Below, in pieces: positions 1 to 14,500 of a stretch of DNA of 64,000 nt (positions are counted from its first letter, which is position 1; each line of letters starts with the position of its first letter). The notes under the pieces were generated by a model. That model saw only the letters and a program-made list of their open reading frames with translations. It was not told the origin of the DNA and ran no database searches. The stretch is taken from assembly GCA_002633005.1 (NCBI GenBank), contig NMRA01000245.1:248001-312000 (forward strand), in the 5' to 3' direction. Both the position numbers and the translations under genes were made by a program. Origin of the DNA: Phoronis australis (taxonomy: Eukaryota > Animalia > Phoronida).

Positions 1-712
1 CGCTAGGGGGAGGAGCTTGCGATAGGTCAATTGGCACCTGCTAATTAGACATGCAGATTTTGAAGAAATTTTGTAACAAATGTATTCATACAATTCATTT
101 ATATTCCCACCACAGCCAGGAGGACTTGAGATTATCAAGCAGCTTTCAAAAATTTGACACTACTTTTGTGACCTCAACTAAAACAAGGTGGTTGTGAAAT
201 AACATCACTTCATCAACTGAGAGTCACCCATTCTCCTGAACCACAGAGTTTAACTAACTGTCAATAAGTCACTAAGTACAATCGATGTTGTGCAACTTCA
301 CAGTTGCAGGATAACCGGGTTACTCCAAGTCCAGACATTGATCCTCTACGTCTTCTCAAACACTTGCCTCTCAATACAAATTCTTTTAACAGTCACTCAC
401 AAAATTGTGCGCAAATCTACATTGAAGATTTGTTAAAACATTTGTCAGACATATGTTACATTGTAAAAATTCTTCAGTTTGGGCACAATATGGCAAACAT
501 ATACAGTGTCATTCAATTTTGTGAAATTGCTCAACAAAATGACTTAGTTCCAAATTGAAGAATTTTTACTGCACATCACCTGTTTATTTCTAACTACAAT
601 CAGCGATAGTTGCAGACTATCAATGACTTGCATATGTAACAGCTGTTTTGCCACCGTCTCAGAGTTCTTTGCATATCACCTTACTTCAAGAAATCGCAAA
701 CAAGGCCAATAA

Positions 713-3700
713 TCACGGTGTATACGCTGGCGGTTCTTCATGCTCCGCCCCTGGTGACGGCGGTGCCACTGCGTCATCCAACGCGATCGGTTCGCTGACA
801 AATTGTTCGTCATAATCGTCCAACAGCTCGTCCCCCTCCTCGTTGTCATGGGCAGGGTGTCGTCTCAGCAAGTTGCATGCGGTTGCTATGACAGACAGGC
901 CTCCTGCAGCTGTCACCAGATAGAAGCTGACATCAAAGTGACACACCACCTTACTCGTGCTACTCACCCTTTCCTGCTTCTGTTCAGCTTCCATCAGTGT
1001 GGACACCCAGAAACAGAAGCCGTTGATCGTAACGCAGATCAGAACTAGGGAGAAGCAAGGCAACTTATATTAAGGTCATGACCTTATCAACGTGTCTGTG
1101 TATTCAGCCAAATATTTATAACACTTCAGAATTCAACTCAGAAAAGTGTACATTTTCTGAAACCCTGTAGAGTGTGATGTTTGTATATATCATTGAAATT
1201 GTTGCTGCATATGTATAAGTAATATTTTGATGACCAGACATCATGCTTTCCAGCCCCCACTGGGCTTAACTCTTTTTATTGTCACATGGTATTTTTGTAA
1301 CAAACATTGAAAAAATGTGATTTTTGACTTTGTACCAATCTGCCATTGATTGAATCATGTGATAACGTATTTTTAGTAAAAAACATACAATCAGAGCAAT
1401 GGTATCAAGAACGTGACCAAATTTCATTTGGTAAAAATGTTAAAGATGAAAGTTCAAAAATACTGTTAGTTTTCAAATTTATCATTTCGTTATCGTTATA
1501 TGCAACTTTTCTTGAAGGTCCTATTTTGATAGCCCCTCGTGCAAAAGTGGATAAAAATTCCTAACAGCGTGTTGGACAACAGTGCATAAATCACAATATC
1601 TAAAAGTTTCATACAAATCAGATCAACCATTTCTGAGATACGATGTTCCAAAGTTAGCCAAATTTGGACACATAACCTTAACATAAAAATGCTAGGAGTC
1701 CCAATTTTTATAGCTTCTCTTGCCAAAGAGGAACATTTAAAAACAATTCCAAAACATTTTTGGGGAACAGAACATAACGTACAGTATTCGAAAGATCCGA
1801 ATGAATCTAATCAGCCATTTCTGAGATAAGATATTTCGAACTTAGTCAAATTTGGACATCTTTCACGGGTTACACACCAAGCCAGTTACTGCACACACAT
1901 GCACCAGTAATGTTCTGAATATGAATACAAGACAAATTTGCCACTTTTATACTACCCAACATGTAAATACAGCAATTCAAATTATTTGAAGTATCTACCA
2001 CGCTAGATTTGTTATTAATAATCATTACTGATGATATTGATGGAAATTACATATAGTAATTCTGACAATTGTAAGTTCATTGGTGTATTTCTAAGCGTGA
2101 CGTTACCTGTCAAAATATTCCACAGTCCATTCTGTCGAATGCCTTTTAGCAGTCTGTTCTTTGCTCCAACCAAGTCCAAGATGAAAGCAAACAGACTACA
2201 TATAATGGCGAAGAAAGTCATCGCTATTATAAGTCTCATGACAAGCACTATTTTGGGCGTTACACAGTCATACAACTCTGAAACAAAAATAAATATCACA
2301 GAGTCAAAAGAATGCAGCTGATATGGATACAGGGGACACCATGACAGGGTACAATTTTCACCGATCAGCAGCAGGTTTCAAATAGTGGATGGAAAGTGAT
2401 CTTCTAAATAAAATATAACTTCCAGTTGATTTGATTACGGTAAACATTCTCCAATTTGGGGCAGTTGCTAGCAATTTGGGACACGGAAACTCCTGGGAAA
2501 TTGAATTTTCCTGATTCTGGAAGTTGGGACAAGGGGAATTTCAGCGTTCACCATATTCATCAAATTTAGAACCATGGGTTTTCAATCTCGAGAGTGGGTA
2601 ATTCTGCCATGTTTCCAGTGATTCTGGAATTTGGGACAAGCTTCGACATTGAGCAAAATAATTAATTAGTCACTGCACCAAATTGCAGAATGTTTACCGT
2701 AGTGTCCTACCCACATCAGCTAATATCTTCCACAATTTCAAATACTATTCAACTGCTGCTTTTCAGACTGGAAATTACATCCAGGTTATAGTTGGAAGGT
2801 CAATGACATTATTTCCGTTCACAAACACAAAATCCACACCGGGCTGGGAGTAAAGTGGTCTTAGACAAACGCTTATAAAGCTTTGCAACCGGGTTTACCA
2901 TTCACACTGGTTATAAGGTAACTTTTACAACTGTACACTAAACCTCCTCACAGAGTGTTATAACCATACTGCAGTTACAACTTCAGGAACCAGTTGCATA
3001 AATGTTATACGCTGCATAACAACAATGACGTCGCTTTATCACGCGACACGTTGATATCGTTGAACAATGCACCTGATGTCATGCAACAATCAAACTTAAC
3101 CAGTGGACAATTATGAAGTTTTATGCAACCCAGCCCTGGAGTCATAAAGCATTTGGACCAAAACTTATAACCAGTTTTAAAAGTTATAAACGCTTTGATG
3201 TGAATAGGACATAAGGGATGATGATAAGAATGAGCTCAGTTACAAGGTCACAAGTGTATGTGGGTGGCAATAACACTTGCAACAGGATACCCAACACTCA
3301 TAAAGAGCCAAGTCTGGGGCATGTTTTAACTAGATTCGCTGGCTGTCGTTGTTGTATAAATCAGGACAAAAAACAAACTTAACAACTGTGGGCAACTTTC
3401 TCCAGGCAGATCCTAATTCTCTCAATACCTGGGTATGTGCAGTTGGTTGTACGGCAAAAATACAACAATGATCAAATCCATTTGTCACTAAGGTGTATTT
3501 TTGCCAAAGAACAACTGTGGGGTCTTATTTCATCGAAAGCAACTGCAGTAGGGTACAGAACATAATAGTTACGGTAAAAATTCTCCAATTTGGAATTGAA
3601 AAATTAAATTTACTCAAAATAAGAGCTTGTCCCAATTTCTAGAAATATGCAACACTGGCCGTCCCAAATTCAAGAATCACCCGAAAGATGGCACAATTAA

Positions 3701-4331
3701 CCACTCTGTAGATACAAAACATGTTGTCCAAAATTTGAGAAATATGGTGAATACCAAAATGGCCCTTATCCCAAATTCCAGAATCAAGAAAATTCAACTT
3801 TTGCAGGAGTTTTTGTGTCCCAAATTTGGGAATTTTTACCGTACATTATTTACACGTCATTTTCATACTTTCAGCAAAAAAACTAAGTGTTATTGGGGAA
3901 TACAACTTCAAACATAAAATGCAGACTAGAAAAACCTCTTGCTTTTCAGACATGGCTCAATACTTCTAAGCATGAATTGAGACTTTCAAAAAGCCTCAGC
4001 CCCACATTTGAACACACGTAGTAAGAACACTTGAACACTCACTGTCATTTGGGCCGGAGCCGAATGTATAAATGTTCTTATCAAACTGCCCCAAGTAAAA
4101 GAATTTGTTTGCTCCAAGTGTTTTGAGAAATCCCGTCTCTCCCATACGGGCTCTGCATCGTCCCCCGTGTAGTGAAAACCAGTCGGGTTCAGCCAAAGTC
4201 ACACATAGAGTCACCACCGTCAACATGCTGAAGAATGCAGCCACGTAATTTTTGCCCTCATGTTTCAAGTAGAACGGGAGGCGAGGCATGGAGCGCCCTC
4301 TACTGGCAGATCTTTGTGAGAAGCCTGGCAT
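713..4331 (-). CDS. TMEM127: Transmembrane protein 127; coding exons 4331-4043, 2277-2107, 1044-713
   Basis: Three ORF pieces join in frame through GT/AG sites with matching phase 1. There are four hydrophobic segments. The motifs ALAEPDWF-like (TLAEPDWF), SFYLVTAAGGLSVIATACNLLRRH and a C-terminal PPAYTP PY motif are characteristic of TMEM127. Confidence 0.9.
2436..2702. mobile_element. MITE with TA-CGGTAAACATTCT terminal inverted repeats
   Basis: tacggtaaacattct ... agaatgtttaccgta, with internal (aat)ttgggaca sub-repeats. Related copies at 3570-3843, ~7576-7837 and a fragment at ~60122. Confidence 0.7.
2984..3140. mobile_element. Small MITE-like inverted-repeat element
   Basis: caggaaccagttgcataaa ... 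tttatgcaacccagccctg imperfect TIRs. Confidence 0.45.
3570..3843. mobile_element. MITE of the same TA-CGGTA family (inverted orientation)
   Basis: tacggtaaaaattctccaatttgg ... ccaaatttgggaatttttaccgta; internal sequence is the reverse complement of 2436-2702. Confidence 0.7.
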
Positions 4332-7300
4332 GTCAGTCGCTCACTAGGGTCACACCATGATTTTAACCGATTGCATAAATGAAGCCTTGTAAGTCATATC
4401 CCTGAAATTTAAAGATACAATTTTATAGTACCGTAAAATTTATCCGTTACACAAACTAGTCAACAACTATTAACTGTTCTGACTCAGAAGTCTACAGACA
4501 GCAACGCGCTTCATATGCACAAGCTCAGTCCATAGTTCACATCTGTGGAAAATGAATCCTCGCGAGGCAGTGAGGCGTATCTCTCACTTGCCGCATTTCT
4601 TTTACCTGGCGTGTGTAAATCCGCACAGCTTGCGGGCAAAGTGAGCTCAAAGTGTTTACCTGATCATTTTCTGTAACCAAAGAAAATTAATCATTGCACC
4701 GTCTGACAACAGCAAAGCTCTGTCAATCATTCATTACAACCATGTGCACTAAACCTACATTGTTTACCAGGAATGTAATTTACAGGTCAGTGAGCATTTT
4801 GCCTCACTGTGTTCAGGTAACAGTTCTGTGATGTAAATTACACTTGAGCCAGAAACATGATCTCCTGGCCTTAAGATCTCACTATAATGACATTGTTGAC
4901 ACTTTCATGAGTGAGTCAGTTAATACAGACCTTGACACCTCAGTGCTTGTTAATCTACTGACTTACTGTAGTAGGGACATCTTTCAGCACCATTTTATGG
5001 CTCATAGGATTCTTTACTTCAAAAATCTTTTGTTTCGAGATATCAGCTTACATGTTGTCACATGATGAAGGTGTCTTGCTTAGCAATCTTAAGGACATGG
5101 TGAGATCGTTTGACACATTTTTATCGTAATTCTGAACTTATTTTGTTCAAACATAATTGCAAAACTGTAATTTTCCATTTTTCAAAGGTTGATTATTTTG
5201 CTCACAAATAGTGGAAACTTCACACAGTACAAAAGCATGCGAGTAATGGACTAAAATTGTCTTTATCTTAAAATTTTTGAAGAAATTTGACTGAATAGAA
5301 TTTCACTTTCAGCCACGATGAGTGCTAAAAATGAAGTGTTGCCATAACATTGTCACAAAAGCAGGAAAGTGGTATAAAAGAGAAAATCACACTCATCACA
5401 TTGCATTTCATTTAAACAGCCGTAATGGACCCTGCTCGACATGACATTATAATACACTGCAAATATACAAAAGCAATGCAATATGGCTACCTAGCAGACG
5501 AGTTTTCAAGGATTAACATTAGCACAATAGGGGACTGCTGAAATACAATTTAAGATAGTTAATTACAGGTATTGCTGCATTCCTTAATGTTCCTTTAGTA
5601 ACCAATAGCTTGACCATAAACACCATCCAATCTAGGCAATGCGCCTCGAATTCCACAACCTACTCACACCAAGATAAGCTCAATTACCAAGTTGCTCAAA
5701 ATAGCCATTCACCATGTGAAAATAACACATAGGAGGCAAGAAGTTCCGGTGAGGGTCTTGAAAGTAAATATCAGAACACGTGTTGCTGGAACAAGTACTG
5801 CCCATAGATCNCCAGTCGGGTTCAGCCAAAGTCACACATAGAGTCACCACCGTCAACATGCTGAAGAATGCAGCCACGTAATTTTTGCCCTCATGCTTCA
5901 AGTAGAACGGGAGGCGAGGCATGGAGCGCCCTCTACTGGCAGATCTTTGTGAGAAGCCTGGCATGTCAGTCGCTCACTAGGGTCACACCATGATTTTAAC
6001 CAATTGCATAAATGAAGCCTTGTAAGTCATATCCCTGAAATTTAAAGAAGATACAATTTTATAGTAAAATTTATCCGTTACACAAACTAGTCAACAACGA
6101 TTAACTGTTCTGACTCAGAAGTCTACGGACAGCAACGCGCTTCATATGCACAAGCTCAGTCCATAGTTCACATCTGTGGAAAATGCATCCTCGCGAGGCA
6201 GTGAGGCGTATCTCTCACTTGCCGCATTTCTTTTACCTGGCGTGTGTAAATCCTCACAGCTTGCGGGCAAAGTGAGCTCAAAGTGTTTACCTGATCATTT
6301 TCGGTAACCAAAGAAAGTTAATCATTGCACCGTCTGACAACAGCAAAGCTCTGTCAATCATTCATTACAACCATGTGCACTACATCTACATTGTTTACCA
6401 GGAATGTAATTTACAGGTCAGTGAGCATTTTGCCTCACTGTGTTCAGGTAACAGTCCTGTGATGTAAATCACACTTGAGCCAGAAACATGATCTCCTGGC
6501 CTTAAGATCTCACTATAATGACATTGTTGACACTTTCATGAGTGAGTCAGTTAATACAGACCTTGACACCTCAGTGCTTGTTAATCTACTGACTTAGTAG
6601 GGACATCTTTCAGCATCATGTTATGGCTCATAGGATTCTTTACTTCAAAAATCTTTTGTTGAGATATCAGCTTACATGTTGTCACATGATGAAGGTGTCT
6701 TGCTTAGCAATCTTAAGGACATGGTGAGATCGTTTGACACATTTTTATCGTAATTCTGAAGTTATTTTGTTCAAACATAAAAGCAAAAACTGTAATTTTT
6801 CATTTTTCAAAGGTTGATTATTTTGCTCACAAATAGTGGAAACTTCACACAGTACAAAAGCATGCGAGTAATGGACTAAAAGTGTTGCCGTAACATTGTC
6901 ACAAAAGCAGGAAAGTGGTATAAAAGAGAAAATCACACTCATCACATTGCATTTCATTTAAACAGCCGTAATGGACCCTGCTCGACATGACATTATAATA
7001 CACCGCAAATATACAAAAGCAATGCAATATGGCTACCTAGCAGACGAGTTTTCAAGGATTAGCATTAGCACAATAGGGGACTGCTGAAATACAATTTAAG
7101 ATAGTTAATTACAGGTATTGCTGCATTCCTTAATGTTAATTTAGTAACCAATAGCTTGACCATAAACACCATCCAATCTAGGCAATGCGCCTCGAATTCC
7201 ACAACCTACTCACACCAAGATAAGCTCAATTACCAAGTTGCTCAAAATAGCCATTCACCATGTGAAAATAACACATAGGAGGCAAGAAGTTCCGGTGAGG

Positions 7301-7356
7301 GTCTTGAAAGTAAATATCAGAACACGTGTTGCTGGAACAAGTACTGCCCATAGATC
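4179..7356. repeat. Tandem near-identical duplication (4179-5810 vs 5812-7356) including part of TMEM127 coding exon 1; probable allelic contig overlap
   Basis: The two copies are separated by a single N at 5811. They differ only by SNPs and small indels, plus one ~80-bp deletion in the second copy. The second copy starts mid-exon. Confidence 0.85.
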
Positions 7357-8268
7357 CACTATTGTGTATACATTTGACCAAGATGAACATGCTAATTAAA
7401 TAAAAAGTATTACAAGTCATCCAGATTCACAAAATGTCTTCAACACGTCACTTTCACATAAAAAGTACATGCTCAGGTTCAGGTCCCTGTCAAAGGAACA
7501 GCACAAAACATTCAAACCAAGTAGTAACTGTATGATAGCTGATGTTATATTTACTTGATGCAAGGTTATTTTCAGTACAGAAAAAATTCTCCAGTGTGGG
7601 ATATTCTCCAAAATTTGGGACACTGAAATTGAATTTCCTTAATTCTGAAGACTCGGACAGGTGTAATTTTGGCATTTATCTCAAATATCAGACACGGGAC
7701 TTTGTATGACTAAAGATATAGATAAAATAATCCAAAATATCAGCCAATGCAAAATTTTTCTTTCTCGTAATTCTTGGGACAACCGATACTGCACAACCTC
7801 TCACATTGAGCAAAATAATTAATATGACATTACCGTATCTCCTGGCGCACACAGTGTAAAAATGGTCAATTTGGGCAACTGAATGGAGATCTGCTAAAAA
7901 AAGTTTGATTGATTGAGTATTTGTTTGAGTTGGAAGGAATAAAAGACATTGACAGCCTTCTAAAGTGTCCGTCTATGTGCCAAAGCCATACTTTTCGCAA
8001 CGATACTTTGATGGTTTAATCAGTATACAACCAGAGCCAGAACTTGATGGGCCTTCTTCTTATCTTTTCAAATTCTCAGTATATTTTGACTCAATGTCTC
8101 AATAATTAAAGTAATCACCAGCTTCTGGTGATAACTGGCCATTAGAAAAATGCCAATGAGGGCTAACAACCTTAGCCTTAGCCTGCTTAAGGTAGGGCTG
8201 GTTGACCAACAAGTGGAGAACGAACACAGCACTGCCACTCACTCGACTCCCTGTCTGGTGTCTGAGTG

Positions 8269-8390
8269 GGCACTGGTCGGATATAGCGGTCTCGGATTTA
8301 GAGAACCAAGCGGTCCCTAAATAACGGACCCGTTTCTAAGTGGATGAAACGTGTTCTCTAAATCAGGAACCGCTATATCCGACCAGTGCC
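8269..8390. mobile_element. ~120-bp palindromic MITE (GGCACTGGTCGGATATAGCGGT...GATTTAGAGAAC TIRs)
   Basis: The ~37-bp arms are reverse complements. Degenerate copies at ~54268-54379 and ~59226-59315. Confidence 0.75.
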
Positions 8391-8572
8391 GTCTGGGCAA
8401 GTGTAACACTGACCGAGAGGGGAGACACGGCAGCTTAGTAACAGGAAAGAATGAAGACATTGAGAAAGAACCATGACAGTTTGCTTTAGAATCAAAGACT
8501 ACAGAAAGCATACTAGGCATACTAGTAAAAATCATCACAAACTTTCCTTCAAAATCCAAACATGATGGTTGA

Positions 8573-8745
8573 AACTTACGAAGAAACCTAGCCAACATAT
8601 CCCTTATTTCCTTCTTCATCCGCCATCTTGGATGTTTACTGGCGCTTGAGGTCGCTGTAAAATAATGCATTCTTTCGTCAGTGACGTTCTTTTCTTGAAT
8701 TTCTCGACGTATAGAAGCGGGAATTTCCGGAAGTAGGCGGGCATA
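8573..8745 (-). promoter_or_regulatory. Probable TMEM127 promoter and non-coding first exon
   Basis: YY1-type CAAGATGGCGG on the minus strand (8620-8630), TGACGT (8682), ETS-type CCGGAAGT (~8727), local CpG richness, and a GTAAGT donor on the minus strand at ~8579-8574. Confidence 0.55.
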
Positions 8746-11334
8746 AACAACCCTTTCAAAAAACGTTAAAATAAAACCAAATAATACGCCCGGGCGTATA
8801 TTCGGAAAGATAAGGGCGTATTTTCGGAAATTATGAGAAACATCTTATGGCGCAATTATCAATAATTTTTCACACAAGACTGATTTCACTGCGGTGACTT
8901 AACACGGTCACCCCGGCGACCCCAACATCTTCGTAAATGAGTAGTTATTGAAAGAAATCGCTATCCCAAAATATAGTGTCTTACCAAAGTAAACAACATT
9001 TTACATCTTAACACAATACATGCGTATTTTGGAAAAAACCGCAATTGAATTTTTCCGGAAACAAGATGCGCCAATGGGCGCCATCGGCTTTGCCCTACTG
9101 AAGGCCGCCGACGTGTTTTGGCTAATGTTGAAAACCAGACATTTTCAAATTCATATCTCAGCCGGAAACAACAAACTAAACAAAATGTTCAACTAGAAGA
9201 GAGACTGATTAGGTGACCATACAAATGTGAATGCAACTGTGTGAGGTTCAGAACCCAGTTAGCTAAGTTAGATAATATACACATAGTCTGCAGTTGTACA
9301 TCGTGTGACTAAACCCACGCGTACGGTGGACTTTTGAAAGCAAGCGTACATGCACCAAAGTAATGTGACCTATTTTAAATAGGATATAGCCCTGTATGTG
9401 TAAATTGTGCACAGGAAGTTAAGAAAACATGGCTTATCCAGGAGATTTTATTTATATACTCTTCTCAAGCAACTCTGGTTCTATCAAAATAAACAAAAAG
9501 CCACCTCAATATTTAAAACTAGTGTGCGCCTTTTACATTTTCTTTTAATTCAAGGAGAGAGCATTGAATTTCCCTAAACTTTCCCATCTATAATCCCGCC
9601 ATTTTCTATCAAAACATAACGCCTGAATAAATCATTTTCTCGTCAGAGGAGCAATAATTTCTGTGCTATTGAAGAAATGACAGTTCAACCCAAGTACTAC
9701 TAAGACACATCATAACAAACCTTTAGTTAAGACAAGATAAACATCCCAAGTTAAAAGTTAAGTTTCATGGAAGGCCAGTTCACATCCATGAAGTTCAAAG
9801 TCTATTGAATTAAAATGACCTGTTTCCGTATTTTCCCTCACCGAGTGACATTGGATTAACTAACAAACGACTCCCGCATGTATTGCCAAATAGTCAGATC
9901 AATTTATTCACCAAGGTACCAACTTGTAAGTCGTTGAAGTCGCTTAAGGTAAAGTTCTTTCAAAAAGTTAAGTCATGATAAACTATCATCTTTAGAGTAC
10001 GGTGCAAAGAGTGAGTTCAAAACATTTGACCAAGATTATACACATTATTTCAACCAAAAAGCTTTTAGTTGAAATCTGCGTACTCAGTCCTCCGTCAGTT
10101 TTTCTCGAGCTCAATGTTCACTTCAACTGAACAAGGAACAAAGTAAATTTAAGCTCATTTAAGGGCAAAGGTTTTCAATCAAAATATGTTTTTTGACATA
10201 TACCTAACCACGGCGTTAGTGCTGTCTAATTTAAGGAGCTAACGATGTTTCGAAATATCATCCATTATATTGGACGTGGTAACGGAAATCGCGATGGTGA
10301 CATAGCCAGATTATTATTGGGGGCTATTTTAAAGACATGAGTCAATATTGTTGAGCTTCATTTACGAGGCTGCAATTCGATTTCTTTTTCAGTTTATCGC
10401 TTTTCTTGTACAAGCAAGTAAGAATTCTCGGCCCTTTCGTTAATAGTAGTCTTCGAGTAGCCTCTACAGAGAGTTGTCTTTCCATTCAGCGAGAAAGAAA
10501 TAACCGGATGTTCGAAATCATAGGATTACGTATTTTTCTAAAACCCGTGACTTCCGATAGAGATCGGAAAATTTTCCACAAAACAATTTTTTCACCCAAT
10601 AAAAAAGCTTTGTTTGTTTATTCCATTAGCTACTTTAGGATATTTTTGCCAGAACCCTCTATTGTCAAAAACCCAGACTAAAATGCACCAAGGAATGTTG
10701 ACTCCCTCTTTTTAGACACCGAACTTCTAGAGCTAAAAGGCATTGAAAGAAAATCCCAGATATGGTTTTGTAGCTCACAAATTGACAAACTAAATTTGCA
10801 AGTTTTAATGCAAAAATCATGTTTTTGAAAATTACGACGATCTAAGTGGAAAATGCAGTCAATTCGATCACCTGGGCTTACATGTAAAGTATCGATGTTC
10901 ATCTAGGATATTTAAAGTATAGTTTTTATAGGTCTGTTATAAATAAGAACCTGACGAATCAAATCTGGAATCTCAAAAAGTAACAAATGAGCTACAAGTC
11001 GTGAGAGTGTCCGGGACGGAACCCGAGAATGTTCCGTTTAGACTTTACACAAATCTTCCTAATGTTGTAATATTGACCCAAACGTTGCAGAGGCGAAACA
11101 TGTCTTACTGCTATTTGAAGAGACATGCGTGCGACTAGCAGGTGAAAATTAATTACCCGTGAAATGTCAAGGAAGTTGTAATGCCTAAGAAAAGTATTTG
11201 CGTAATCTTACACGCGCCTGGCAGCAACTGCTTTTAGATTTTTGTTTGAAAGTAGAGTATCAGAATTTCAATGGGTTGCGAGAGGCACTCATGCTCGTTA
11301 CTCGTGAACAACTTATTTTGTCAGGCTTGTAGAA

Positions 11335-11492
11335 TAGCCAATGGCCGACGTACCGTCACTCAATTCTTTGTTGTGAGAACGTGATTGGATAATAAGAATA
11401 TAGTCGTAATAAAAACAATGCGATGACGTTCAAGTTTTGTTGTCAGAAATAAAAAGAGATACACCGTTAGGACAATTTAAGAGTATAAAGTA
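11335..11492 (+). promoter_or_regulatory. Promoter of coiled-coil gene copy A (CCAAT, ATTGG, TGACGT, TATA)
   Basis: agccaatg (~11337), gattgg (~11383), tgacgt (~11424), gtataaa (~11483), 40 nt before the ATG. All are conserved in copy B (29060-29212). Confidence 0.5.
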
Positions 11493-11521
11493 GTTGGCAA
11501 ACGAGGAAAATCACACGTTCA

Positions 11522-14500
11522 ATGAAGCTACATCTTACGAGAGAACTCTCCTTGACAAAACAGAGTTCGTGCCGTGCTGTGATGGCCAGCACGTCGACAG
11601 AAAACAGCGACACGCCAAATTCCCAGACATTATCTGAGGAGCCTGATATGATGAAGCCGGGAGTTATCCCCAAACCTTCTGAGACCCAGAGGAACGCGGG
11701 TGTTGGCAAAGAAAGTGAAGAGATAAAGAATTGTTTGAAAAGAATTGAGGATTTGACGGAGGAAAATCGCAAGATAAAATCCGAAATGGAAATCGTTCGG
11801 AAAGACAGGGACGCAAAGAAACGTCAACTTAAAGCATGGCGAAACAAATCCCGTAAGTGTGTTAACTATTGCACCCTCTGATTGTCCCGGATGACTTCGC
11901 AGAGAAACCAGACGTTCATCAGAACATTAGTTCTATATGTCTCTTGTCACGTCGATAATTTTACTGAAAGACCCTAGATTCTGTGAGGACGCGGATGTAC
12001 ATGAAGAATATGAAATTAAACTCCTAAGGGACATTACGATATCAGCTCTCACAGACAAACATTTTGTTTTAATCTTTACAATCGTCCATTAAATTGTTTA
12101 CATTTGTCAGAGGGTTTACGGGAGAAGCTCGACGAATGTAGAAAGGATATGGACCTGATGCATAAACGTTCATTTGAAAATTATGGTAAGTTGCATAGAG
12201 CGGGTGGCCTGCGAAATACTAAGTGGTGACGAAATGGGTCACGTGAATTAAATTTGCGTTAGCACTGCTCGTTGGTGCACTTTGATGTATCCTGTTCTCT
12301 TGAAAATGCAAATACACAAGGGCTTGTTTCATTTATTTTCTATAGTTTCGAAATATATTCATCTGTTAAATGTTTGCAACCTTACATTCCTTTTTATAGA
12401 TGAAGTCGTACTTAAATATGAAGAAGAACATCAAAAAGTTGAAGGACTGCAAATGACGCTGGCGTTGACGCAAGAAAGGTTGGAGGAGCAGACAACAATT
12501 ATTGAGCAAATGCGCACAGGTATTTTGATTGGTTACCATGTGTAATCAGTGCGTGCGTAACTATGGTGATTCATGTAATTGTGGTGACGAACAGTTGATA
12601 CAGATGCTCGTTACTGATTCAAATCAAGTCAAAATTTCGACATAAAATCTATTTCGACATACCCTATAGTAAAAAGTGCGCTGTCTCCTCAAATGCACGG
12701 TTCTGCACACGCCCATTGTTGTACGTAAATCTGCTAATACCAAACGCGTTTCGCTGTTTATTGCTCAGCTCCTCAAGAAACTCTTCGTTCAGTCTGGTTC
12801 AGTAATCCTAACGTGTAAATTTCCATTCACAGATGGTGCCGCCAAATCCGAAGAACCCCTGAAAGGAAAGAGCGAGCTTCAGAAGGCGCTGGCGACAATG
12901 ACTCGTGAAAAGCAAAGTGGTCTGATTATAAAAGAAGAGCGAACACGGACGGGTACTTCAGTGATTTATGCATCTCACTAAAATGCAAACGAGTGTGTAG
13001 CCCTTCGTTTTTCCATGATAAAACGAATGTTGGAATCGTTGTCTATTACAAAATACGCAAAAGACCTTTGCTCAAGTGCATTCATTATATGTAAAAATGT
13101 GTGTTTGAACATTGTGTCATCTTCAACAAAATGTTCACGTCAATGGTTGTTGCTGGTTGACTGAGAGACATTGAAGTAACTTTGTATCGAATTATGATTA
13201 TATCATGTTGTTTTTGATCGAGGTGTGTGTAACTTGGGAAATGTAGTGATTAAAACGAGATATTTCCATGCAGGGGAGCTCGTGTCGCAAACAAGTGTCA
13301 AAAAAAATTGACTGGAGATACTAAATCCGTGTTAGTCGAAGAAAAAGGCCAGTGTCGAGCTACAGACACCACAGACGATGAGAATAGTAAACGCCTGCAA
13401 CAAACAAATGGCTTCCACTTAGCTTTGAGAAAGAACATGGAGAGAGTTGGCAAGATGTCCGATCATTTAGCTACCCTCACCCTGTCGGTTGAAGAACTGA
13501 TACCTGAGTTGTTCTCAATGTCCAAGAAGTGCGAAGTTCAGCAAAACCTCATTGCTGCGCTAGTAGCGAAAAATGCTGTCTTAGAAGCGGACATGTCATC
13601 TCTTGCTTTGGAAAAAGTTGCGGACGAAAAAGGTCGCAAGTTTTTGTTAGCAGCCACCGTTATTTGTGCGTTATGTAAAGACATGGAACTCAAGCAATCA
13701 AACGACGTGATTCGTCGCTTGAACCACGAGCTGGGACAGTTTAAACAAAATCAAATTGAGCTTGAGAAGGAAAATCTAAGAAAAGATTACGTCATCGAGA
13801 CGCTCCAGAAGTGTCAATTTGAAACGATTCTTCAAAAACTTAAGAAGCTCAAGCCTAATACCACCGTTAGAGAGGGAGACTCAATTGAAAGGTGCAAGAA
13901 AATAAATCACCTAGTTAGTGAATTAGCTGAGCAGAAGCGCCACGCGAATGGCTTACGTGAAGAACTTGAATTGCGCTCTCGAGAAATAAACGAACTAAGC
14001 CAGAGCCAGCACGCGCAAAACGTACAGATAGAGAAATATGTCAGAACTATTATGGGCCTGAAAGAGGAAAATTGTCAACTGAAATCCCAGATGGAGAGTC
14101 TTCAGGAACATAGTGAAGGACTGGATCGGCAAATTGGAATTTTGCGAGAGACGGCGAGTAACTTACACGTGAAATTGTTCAGAGTTTATGACATAAATTA
14201 GTGCATTTTTCAAGGGGTACAATGGTTCTATTGAACATTGCTAATACTAATACGTAAACACTGAGCACATAAAAAATAAGAAATAGACGTTGTAACATAA
14301 ATCGTATGCACGATTCAACAGCGTTTTAAAAACTTGCTAAGGGAAAGCATGTAATTGCACAAAAGTGCCGCAACGTACGAATTTTTTTAAAATTCGATGA
14401 GTTATTTAATCAGATTTTCCAGTCTATACTTTATCAGACAGAAGTGTGACAATTAAACCTTCATTTCAGGAGACTTCCAGCTTAAATTTGAAAGAACCAG

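Noticed and set aside
4179-7356. Apparent duplicated or alternative first coding exon of TMEM127
   Set aside because: The copies abut a single N, differ at allelic level and the second is cut mid-exon, so an unmerged haplotype overlap is the simplest explanation.
11075-11105. CGAAACATGTC looks like hammerhead stem III (also ~28828)
   Set aside because: No upstream CTGANGA box or stem II.
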